IMG/VR virus record: IMGVR_UViG_2690316062_000002
DNA from: a virus
Taxonomy: Duplodnaviria > Heunggongvirae > Uroviricota > Caudoviricetes
Length of the DNA stretch: 13,326 nucleotides
Strand: one strand, 5' to 3'
Part shown: positions 6,764 to 13,326 of the stretch, one piece after another
Numbering within the stretch: the stretch's first letter is position 1
Layout: each line of letters begins with the position of its first letter
Position numbers and translations under genes: made by a program
The notes under the pieces: model-generated
The model's input: the letters and a program-made list of their open reading frames with translations, nothing else
What the model was told of the DNA's origin: nothing
Database searches by the model: none

Positions 6764-6792
6764 TTGACCGATATGTTAGTCATGGCTAATCT
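6764..6792 (+). promoter_or_regulatory. candidate dicB-operon promoter with embedded operator
   Basis: -35 TTGACC (6764-6769), 17-bp spacer, -10 TAATCT (6787-6792); a third copy of the operator motif, TTAGT-CATG-GCTAA (6776-6789), lies in the spacer and -10. Confidence 0.45.
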
Positions 6793-6869
6793 TGTTTGCA
6801 TCAACACACCGCACGGTGTTCTCAGCAAACAGTTCCGCTACCCCAGCGTTAAGGGGAAATGAGGTCCGC

Positions 6870-7025
6870 ATGGATACTATCGATCTTGGCAACAACGAAT
6901 CTCTGGTGTACGGCGTGTTTCCAAACCAGGACGGTACGTTCACCGCGATGACGTATACCAAAAGCAAAACGTTTAAAACCGAAAATGGTGCCCGTCGCTG
7001 GCTGGAAAGAAACTCAGGTGAGTGA
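6870..7025 (+). CDS. ydfA: YdfA-like small protein, 51 aa
   Basis: ATG at 6870 with GAGG 5 nt upstream; MDTIDLGNNESLVYGVFPNQDGTF...; the six-frame ORF from 6792 is an upstream extension without RBS; length matches recalled K-12 YdfA. Confidence 0.7.
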   Translation: MDTIDLGNNESLVYGVFPNQDGTFTAMTYTKSKTFKTENGARRWLERNSGE

Positions 7026-7026
7026 T

Positions 7027-7155
7027 ATGGATTTCGACACAATCATGGAAAAAGCTTACGAAGAATACTTCGAAGGTCTTGCCGACGGCGAAGAAGCTCT
7101 CAGCTTCAACGAATTTAAACAGGCGCTTTCCAGTTCGGCAAAATCTAACGGCTGA
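7027..7155 (+). CDS. ydfB: YdfB-like small protein, 42 aa
   Basis: ATG at 7027, 1 nt after the ydfA stop; MDFDTIMEKAYEEYFEGLADGEEALSFNEFKQALSSSAKSNG; below the 60-aa cutoff of the ORF track; length matches recalled K-12 YdfB. Confidence 0.6.
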   Translation: MDFDTIMEKAYEEYFEGLADGEEALSFNEFKQALSSSAKSNG

Positions 7156-7184
7156 TAAGCGAAACAGCACCGCGAGGAATCAGT

Positions 7185-7403
7185 ATGCAGAAACGAGAAC
7201 CCGTCATCATCGCGCCAGACTATACCGATGATGAACTTTATGAGTGGATGCGCCAGAAAATTAATGCAGCGCAGGATCTGAAATGGGCCAATGAAGCCAG
7301 GGCTAAGCAGGCTGAAAATCTGTCCGCTCTGGAGCAGGATATCACCAATCTGGAAAAAGCAGCGGCATTAAGCATTGCCAGAATGATTACATACCCGCGT
7401 TAA
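7185..7403 (+). CDS. ydfC: YdfC-like small protein, 72 aa
   Basis: ATG at 7185 with GAGG 7 nt upstream; coiled-coil-like sequence; length matches recalled K-12 YdfC. Confidence 0.7.
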   Translation: MQKREPVIIAPDYTDDELYEWMRQKINAAQDLKWANEARAKQAENLSALEQDITNLEKAAALSIARMITYPR

Positions 7404-7743
7404 TAGCTAACCAACGAAGCTAAGGTTGGTAATTAAGGAGTTCTCCACGGGTGAGGTGGAGTGCGTGCGCCGGACACGGGTGAGCATCCGGCACTGACAG
7501 TTTACTGAAAGGATATTTCCCTGAAAAGTCAGACCATAACGCGAAAGCGCACGGCGAGGTAGCTGGTTCATAGATAGCCTGTCGTTAAATTTTCGTCGAC
7601 CGTGCGCTTCCGGTTGTGGCAACCCGCGAAATGGTGCGGCGGTAAGTATGGCGGGGTTATTTCTTCCCCGTTGAGGACACCGGGTTGTCAGGTTGACCAT
7701 ACGCTTAAGTGACAACCCCGCTGCAACGCCCTCTGTTATCAAT

Positions 7744-7796
7744 TTTCTGGTGACGTTTGGCGGTATCAGTTTTACTCCGTGACTGCTCTGCCGCCC
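7744..7796 (+). ncRNA. dicF: DicF small regulatory RNA (53 nt)
   Basis: TTTCTGGTGACGTTTGGCGGTATCAGTTTTACTCCGTGACTGCTCTGCCGCCC matches the DicF sequence as I recall it; lies between ydfC and dicB as in the known operon; followed by a T5 tract. Confidence 0.7.
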
Positions 7797-7801
7797 TTTT
7801 T
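7759..7801 (+). terminator. DicF 3' stem plus U-tract (intrinsic terminator-like)
   Basis: GGCGG (7759-7763) pairs with CCGCC (7791-7795), followed by TTTTT (7797-7801). Confidence 0.5.
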
Positions 7802-7970
7802 AAAGTGAATTTTGTGATGTGGTGAATGCGGCTGAGCGCACGCGGAACAGTTAAAACCAAAAACAGTGTTATGGGTGGATTCTCTGTATCCGGCGTTAAT
7901 TGTTAACTGGTTAACGTCACCTGGAGGTACCAGGCACTGCATCACAAAATTCATTGTTGAGGACGCGATA

Positions 7971-8159
7971 ATGAAAACGTTATTACCAAACGTTAATACG
8001 TCTGAAGGTTGTTTTGAAATTGGTGTCACTATCAGTAACCCAGTATTTACTGAAGATGCCATTAACAAGAGAAAACAAGAACGGGAGCTATTAAATAAAA
8101 TATGCATTGTTTCAATGCTGGCTCGTTTACGTCTGATGCCAAAAGGATGTGCACAATGA
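7971..8159 (+). CDS. dicB: DicB, cell-division inhibitor (MinC-dependent), 62 aa
   Basis: ATG at 7971 with GAGGA 8 nt upstream; MKTLLPNVNTSEGCFEIGVTISNPVFTEDAINKRKQERELLNKICIVSMLARLRLMPKGCAQ; the listed ORF from 7866 is a GTG-started extension. Confidence 0.8.
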   Translation: MKTLLPNVNTSEGCFEIGVTISNPVFTEDAINKRKQERELLNKICIVSMLARLRLMPKGCAQ

Positions 8160-8347
8160 ATTCAGCATTTGTGCTTGTTCTGACAGTTTTTCTTGTTTCC
8201 GGAGAGCCAGTTGATATTGCAGTCAGTGTTCACAGGACAATGCAGGAGTGTATGACTGCAGCAACCGAACAGAAAATTCCCGGTAACTGTTACCCGGTCG
8301 ATAAAGTTATTCACCAGGATAATATCGAAATCCCGGCAGGTCTTTAA
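8156..8347 (+). CDS. ydfD: YdfD-like small membrane (lysis-type) protein, 63 aa
   Basis: ATG at 8156 overlaps the dicB stop (ATGA junction); N-terminal hydrophobic segment AFVLVLTVFLVSG. Confidence 0.75.
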   Translation: MNSAFVLVLTVFLVSGEPVDIAVSVHRTMQECMTAATEQKIPGNCYPVDKVIHQDNIEIPAGL

Positions 8348-8439
8348 AACAGTTCCGTAATAAATATCCGGTTTCATTCTTATATGCCAGCAATGGCAGG
8401 GATTTGTTCATCCTTAAATCTGTCATGAGGTTAAAACAA

Positions 8440-10911
8440 ATGAGTAAAGTCTTTATTTGCGCCGCTATTCCTGACGAACTGGCAACAAGGGAAGAAGGCG
8501 CTGTGGCTGTAGCCACAGCCATTGAAGCTGGCGACGAACGCCGTGCTCGAGCAAAATTTCACTGGCAATTCCTGGAACATTATCCGGCTGCTCAGGACTG
8601 CGCTTATAAATTTATTGTCTGCGAGGATAAACCTGGCATACCCCGCCCTGCCCTCGATTCATGGGATGCTGAATATATGCAGGAAAACCGCTGGGATGAG
8701 GTGTCTGCTTCTTTTGTCCCGGTTGAGACTGAATCCGATCCGATGAACGTCACTTTTGACAAGCTGGCCCCTGAAGTACAGAACGCTGTCATGGTTAAGT
8801 TCGACACATGTGAAAACATCACCGTTGATATGGTTATTAGCGCACAGGAATTGTTGCAGGAAGACATGGCAACATTCGACGGACATATCGTTGAAGCGTT
8901 GATGAAAATGCCAGAAGTTAACGCCATGTATCCGGAGCTTAAGTTGCACGCCATTGGGTGGGTTAAGCATAAATGTATTCCTGGTGCTAAATGGCCCGAA
9001 ATTCAGGCAGAGATGCGCATCTGGAAAAAACGTCGCGAAGGTGAACGCAAGGAAACCGGAAAATACACGTCTGTTGTTGATCTCGCCCGCGCCAGAGCCA
9101 ATCAACAGTACACTGAAAATTCAACAGGAAAAATCAGCCCGGTCATTGCTGCCATTCATCGCGAATACAAGCAGACATGGAAAACACTGGATGACGAACT
9201 GGCCTACGCTCTCTGGCCTGGTGATGTGGATGCCGGAAACATTGACGGCAGCATCCATCGCCGGGCAAAAAATGAAGTTATCGACAACGACCGCGAAGAC
9301 TGGAAGCGTATCTCGGCATCAATGCGCAAACAGCCTGATGCCCTTCGCTACGACCGCCAAACTATTTTTGGCCTTGTCCGTGAGCGTCCGATCGACATTC
9401 ACAAAGATCCCGTAGCACTGAACAAATATATCTGCGAATACCTGACGACAAAGGGCGTGTTTGAGAATGAAGAAACAGACCTGGGCACTGTTGATGTTCT
9501 CCAGTCATCAGAAACACAAACTGATGCAGTGGAAACTGAGGTATCTGATATCCCAAAAAATGAAACCGCGCCGGAAGCTGAACCATCTGTAGAGCGTGAG
9601 GGGCCGTTCTATTTCCTCTTCGCAGATAAGGACGGAGAAAAATACGGTCGCGCAAACAAACTTTCTGGTCTGGATAAGGCACTGGCTGCTGGCGCCACTG
9701 AAATCACAAAAGAAGAATATTTTGCCCGAAAAAATGGCACATACACGGGCTTACCGCAAAATGTAGATACCGCTGAAGATTCAGAACAACCAGAGCCGAT
9801 AAAAGTTACCGCTGACGAAGTAAACAAAATTATGCAGGCAGCCAATATCATCCAGCCTGACGCCGATAAGTTGCTTGCTGCATCACGTGGTGAATTTGTT
9901 GAAGGGATTAGTGACCCGAATGATCCGAAATGGGTTAAGGGGATCCAGACCCGCGATTCTGTGAACCAGAACCAGCATGAATCGGAACGGAACTACCAAA
10001 AAGCGGAACAAAACAGCCCAAATGCGTTACAAAACGAGCCAGAAACGAAACAGCCTGAATCAGTGGCGCAACAGGAAGTGGAAAAAGTCTGCACCGCCTG
10101 CGGTCAGACCGGCGGCGGCAACTGCCCTGATTGTGGCGCGGTAATGGGCGACGCAACATACCAGGAAACATTCGATGAAGAGTATCAGGTTGAAGTTCAG
10201 GAAGATGATCCGGAGGAAATGGAAGGCGCTGAACATCCACACAAGGAGAACACTGGCGGCAATCAGCATCACGATAGCGATAATGAAACTGGCGAGACGG
10301 CAGATCACTCAATTAAGGTGAACAGTCATCAAGAAATCACATCCACCAGCAGGACGTGTGACCATCTAATGATCGACCTTGAAACCATGGGAAAAAATCC
10401 TGATGCCCCGATCATCTCAATAGGTGCAATATTTTTCGATCCGCAAACCGGAGATATGGGACCGGAATTTAGTAAGACTATCGATCTGGAAACTGCTGGC
10501 GGAGTCATTGATCGGGACACCATTAAATGGTGGCTTAAGCAATCACGCGAAGCGCAATCTGCCATTATGACCGATGAAATCCCGTTAGATGATGCACTGT
10601 TACAATTGCGGGAATTTATCGACGAAAACTCCGGTGAATTTTTTGTTCAGGTCTGGGGAAATGGAGCCAACTTCGACAACACGATTTTGCGCCGTTCATA
10701 CGAACGGCAGGGGATCCCCTGCCCGTGGCGTTACTACAACGATCGCGATGTACGCACAATCGTTGAGCTGGGGAAAGCCATAGACTTCGATGCCAGAACG
10801 GCTATTCCATTCGAAGGTGAGCGCCATAATGCACTTGATGACGCCCGTTACCAGGCAAAATACGTTTCAGTTATCTGGCAAAAACTGATCCCGAGTCAGG
10901 CTGATTCTTAA
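8440..10911 (+). CDS. large prophage exonuclease (823 aa): N-terminal domain of unknown fold, acidic linkers, C4 zinc ribbon, C-terminal DEDDh-type 3'-5' exonuclease domain
   Basis: ATG at 8440 with GAGG 9 nt upstream (the track ORF starts at an upstream TTG); C-terminal motifs DLETMG, NFDN and HNALDDARY; CTACGQTGGGNCPDCG (C-x2-C-x7-C-x2-C) near nt 10088-10137; corresponds to the gene I recall as the IS2-truncated ydfE in K-12. Confidence 0.8.
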   Translation: MSKVFICAAIPDELATREEGAVAVATAIEAGDERRARAKFHWQFLEHYPAAQDCAYKFIVCEDKPGIPRPALDSWDAEYMQENRWDEVSASFVPVETESDPMNVTFDKLAPEVQNAVMVKFDTCENITVDMVISAQELLQEDMATFDGHIVEALMKMPEVNAMYPELKLHAIGWVKHKCIPGAKWPEIQAEMRIWKKRREGERKETGKYTSVVDLARARANQQYTENSTGKISPVIAAIHREYKQTWKTLDDELAYALWPGDVDAGNIDGSIHRRAKNEVIDNDREDWKRISASMRKQPDALRYDRQTIFGLVRERPIDIHKDPVALNKYICEYLTTKGVFENEETDLGTVDVLQSSETQTDAVETEVSDIPKNETAPEAEPSVEREGPFYFLFADKDGEKYGRANKLSGLDKALAAGATEITKEEYFARKNGTYTGLPQNVDTAEDSEQPEPIKVTADEVNKIMQAANIIQPDADKLLAASRGEFVEGISDPNDPKWVKGIQTRDSVNQNQHESERNYQKAEQNSPNALQNEPETKQPESVAQQEVEKVCTACGQTGGGNCPDCGAVMGDATYQETFDEEYQVEVQEDDPEEMEGAEHPHKENTGGNQHHDSDNETGETADHSIKVNSHQEITSTSRTCDHLMIDLETMGKNPDAPIISIGAIFFDPQTGDMGPEFSKTIDLETAGGVIDRDTIKWWLKQSREAQSAIMTDEIPLDDALLQLREFIDENSGEFFVQVWGNGANFDNTILRRSYERQGIPCPWRYYNDRDVRTIVELGKAIDFDARTAIPFEGERHNALDDARYQAKYVSVIWQKLIPSQADS

Positions 10912-10983
10912 TGTTCAACTGTCGCCGGTTGTGACTGGTATTCTGCAACCGGCGCTCGTCTGATGTAAGAGATAAAGAAATCG

Positions 10984-11235
10984 ATGAGCGAAGTAATCAT
11001 GATTGTCTCTCCCGGCAAATGGGTATCCGAAGAGCAGTTAATTGCGCTGAAAGGAATAAAAAAAGGTACGTTAAAAAAGGCCCGGGAAAAATCGTTTATG
11101 GAAGGAAGGGAATATAAGCATGTCGCTCATGACGGTATGCCATGGGATAACAGTCCATGCTTTTACAACCTGGAAGAAATTGATCGCTGGATTGAGCGCC
11201 AGGCATCAGCAAGACCAAGACGTCATCTTACTTGA
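10984..11235 (+). CDS. excisionase-like protein (Xis), 83 aa
   Basis: Small basic protein immediately upstream of the integrase; the start is ambiguous (ATG 10984 or 10999), neither with a strong RBS. Confidence 0.55.
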   Translation: MSEVIMIVSPGKWVSEEQLIALKGIKKGTLKKAREKSFMEGREYKHVAHDGMPWDNSPCFYNLEEIDRWIERQASARPRRHLT

Positions 11236-11269
11236 CTAAAAGCCACACTAACTAATGAGAGAAGTTGAA

Positions 11270-12550
11270 ATGAAATATCCGACAGGCGTGGAAAACCATG
11301 GAGGGAAATTACGTATCTGGTTTGTTTATAAAGGCGTAAGAGTCAGGGAAAACCTGGGGGTTCCTGACACAGCAAAAAACAGGCGCGTTGCAGGTGAGCT
11401 ACGCGCCTCTGTTTGTTACGCAATAAAAACTGGTGTTTTCGACTATGCAAAACAGTTTCCCTCCTCACGCAATCTGGAAAAATTTGGTGAGACTCGACAA
11501 GATTTAACCATAAAAAAACTGGCTGAAAAATTTCTGGCACTGAAAGAAACTGAAGTCGCAAAAACATCACTCAACACATACCGTGCCGTCATCAAAAATA
11601 TCCTGAGCATAATCGGTGAAAAAAATCTTGCCTCATCGATTAATAAAGAAAAATTACTGGAGGTTCGTAAAGAGCTACTGACTGGATACCAGATCCCCAA
11701 AAGTAACTATATTGTTACACAACCAGGGAGATCGGCTGTAACTGTAAATAATTACATGACAAATCTTAACGCCGTGTTCCAGTTTGGTGTTGATAACGGT
11801 TACCTGGCAGATAACCCGTTTAAGGGGATCTCGCCATTAAAGGAATCAAGAACCATTCCGGATCCTCTTTCGCGGGAGGAATTCATCCGTCTTATCGATG
11901 CGTGCAGAAATCAGCAAGCCAAAAATTTATGGTGTGTTTCTGTTTATACTGGCGTTCGCCCTGGTGAGCTGTGTGCACTTGGATGGGAGGACATAGATCT
12001 GAAAAATGGAACAATGATGATCAGGAGAAATTTAGCAAAAGACCGTTTCACGGTACCAAAAACACAGGCGGGAACCAATCGGGTCATTCATCTTATTAAG
12101 CCAGCAATCGACGCTCTCCGGAGTCAGATGACATTAACGAGACTGAGCAAAGAGCATATCATTGATGTTCACCTCAGAGAGTATGGCAGAACAGAAAAAC
12201 ATAAATGCACCTTTGTTTTTCAACCTGAAGTGTCAGCGAGAGTAAAAAATTATGGTGACCATTTTACCGTTGACTCAATAAGGCAGATGTGGGACGCAGC
12301 GATAAAACGTGCCGGACTCCGCCATCGAAAATCATATCAGTCGAGACATACTTATGCCTGCTGGTCGCTGACAGCTGGTGCTAATCCGGCATTTATAGCA
12401 AACCAGATGGGCCATGCAGATGCGCAAATGGTATTTCAGGTATACGGAAAATGGATGTCTGAAAACAATAATGCACAGGTAGCTTTGTTAAATACACAGT
12501 TAAGCGAGTTTGCCCCAACCATGCCCCATAACGAAGCAATGAAAAATTAA
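11270..12550 (+). CDS. intQ: phage tyrosine integrase (lambda-type), about 426 aa
   Basis: C-terminal catalytic signature (R in TGVRPGE, HxxR in HTYACW, Y in VFQVYGKW); ATG 11270 preferred over 11255; symbol by synteny with the Qin locus. Confidence 0.85.
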   Translation: MKYPTGVENHGGKLRIWFVYKGVRVRENLGVPDTAKNRRVAGELRASVCYAIKTGVFDYAKQFPSSRNLEKFGETRQDLTIKKLAEKFLALKETEVAKTSLNTYRAVIKNILSIIGEKNLASSINKEKLLEVRKELLTGYQIPKSNYIVTQPGRSAVTVNNYMTNLNAVFQFGVDNGYLADNPFKGISPLKESRTIPDPLSREEFIRLIDACRNQQAKNLWCVSVYTGVRPGELCALGWEDIDLKNGTMMIRRNLAKDRFTVPKTQAGTNRVIHLIKPAIDALRSQMTLTRLSKEHIIDVHLREYGRTEKHKCTFVFQPEVSARVKNYGDHFTVDSIRQMWDAAIKRAGLRHRKSYQSRHTYACWSLTAGANPAFIANQMGHADAQMVFQVYGKWMSENNNAQVALLNTQLSEFAPTMPHNEAMKN

Positions 12551-12737
12551 TTTAATATTTGTCAAATAGTTGACACGTATGACTCTTGAAATCCATAAAT
12601 TCAAGCGCAGTGCCCAGCCATCCCGATACTGCTGCTTTCACCAAATCCTTAGTGCTTCTTTCGTGTTTTTCTATTGTCATAATGGTTATCTCTAAAAAAG
12701 AGGTAAGATGCGTACTACTTACTCGCCGTTATTGGTA

Positions 12738-13326
12738 TTATTCAGAAAAAGTGAGTAAGACTTTGCAGCAATGTTTTTGATCCTGTTCAAATAAACTAAT
12801 GGCATCAGCAACATGCTGGAAATCAAACGTATGGGTAATTAATTTTTCTGGTTTAATTAACCCTTTACTTAACCAGTCGATAACGACCGGGAATTTATTT
12901 GCATTTAAGCGTGAAGAGAAAATAGAGAGTTCTTTTCCGGTAATTCCTTGCTGAATCACTTCAGACGGTTCACTGGAGAAACCCATCAATACAATACGTG
13001 CCGCTGGAGAAGCCAGCGTTACGGCCTCTTTCAGGATAGAAGGATGACAAGCCGCATCAATAATTAATGTCGGCTTGATGCCTTTTTCAGTGAAAATCTC
13101 GCCAAGCGGTGTCTGGCTGTTATTAATCGCCCAGTCAGCCCCGCTCTCTTTCGCTTTTTCCAGTCGTTCATCAATGCGATCGGCAACAATCACATTTTTA
13201 ACGTTATAGACGCCTTTTAATACCTGAACGATCGTCAGGCCGATTGGACCGGCACCATAAACCAGAACGGGGTGATGCTGCCAACTTACTGATTTAGTGT
13301 ATGATGGTGTTTTTGAGGTGCTCCAG
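12738..13326 (-). CDS. rspB: Zn-dependent medium-chain dehydrogenase, C-terminal part (N-terminus beyond the window edge)
   Basis: Frame open to the window edge on the minus strand; GAGPIG Rossmann motif encoded near 13250; the rspB symbol comes from recalled K-12 synteny (intQ next to rspB), not from sequence identity. Confidence 0.7.
   Translation of the reverse strand, partial: WSTSKTPSYTKSVSWQHHPVLVYGAGPIGLTIVQVLKGVYNVKNVIVADRIDERLEKAKESGADWAINNSQTPLGEIFTEKGIKPTLIIDAACHPSILKEAVTLASPAARIVLMGFSSEPSEVIQQGITGKELSIFSSRLNANKFPVVIDWLSKGLIKPEKLITHTFDFQHVADAISLFEQDQKHCCKVLLTFSE

Noticed and set aside
6792-6869. N-terminal extension of the ydfA-like ORF
   Set aside because: The ATG at 6870 has a well-spaced GAGG; the extension has no RBS and overlaps the predicted promoter.
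7407-7742. 111-aa minus-strand ORF across the DicF leader
   Set aside because: Arg-rich, low-complexity translation typical of antisense reading of GC-rich DNA; no RBS; lies opposite a region better explained as structured leader RNA.
7404-7801. Possible retron msr/msd non-coding RNA
   Set aside because: No reverse transcriptase gene adjacent; the 3' part matches DicF instead.
7866-7970. N-terminal extension of dicB from a GTG at 7866
   Set aside because: ATG at 7971 has a proper GAGGA RBS and gives the expected 62-aa product.
8522-10565. Multiple ORFs of 74-153 aa on both strands inside the exonuclease gene
   Set aside because: Embedded in a long, motif-bearing ORF; compositionally odd translations; considered frame shadows.
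8348-10983. Search for a RecT/Bet/Erf-type annealase or Gam-like gene beside the exonuclease
   Set aside because: No ORF of suitable size exists between ydfD and xis other than the exonuclease itself.
12586-12780. 64-aa plus-strand ORF in the int-rspB spacer
   Set aside because: Runs into the 3' end of the convergent host gene and has no RBS.
1-13326. CRISPR arrays, tRNA or rRNA genes
   Set aside because: No regularly spaced direct repeats with unique spacers and no tRNA-like T-loop/acceptor signatures were seen; the only tandem repeats are the origin iterons.

Overview
This window reads as the integrase-proximal part of a Qin-like (dicB-type) cryptic lambdoid prophage in an Escherichia coli-type chromosome. 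Plus strand, left to right from 6296: dicA repressor, three small ydfA/ydfB/ydfC-like genes, a long structured leader, the DicF sRNA, dicB, ydfD, an 823-aa multi-domain exonuclease, excisionase and tyrosine integrase, then a host Zn-dependent dehydrogenase gene (rspB-like, partial, minus strand) at the right edge. Minus strand, leftward from 6212: dicC (Cro-like), a YdaT-like protein, an O-like replication initiator with an internal iteron origin, an HTH protein coupled to a small methyltransferase, and a run of short ORFs with premature stops. Further left are an AT-rich stretch with a 59-aa two-helix membrane-protein ORF, an IS481-family-like insertion sequence whose transposase is split at a G6 run, and a 63-aa coiled-coil ORF with its terminator. 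No rRNA, tRNA, CRISPR array or late (lysis/structural) phage genes were found. All family assignments come from reading the translations and from recalled K-12 gene order and protein lengths; no database search was possible. The elements least explained by known biology are the exonuclease with a DEDDh C-terminal fold and no annealase partner, the HTH-methyltransferase pair, the stop-interrupted small-gene cluster with dense palindromes, and the small membrane-protein ORF.
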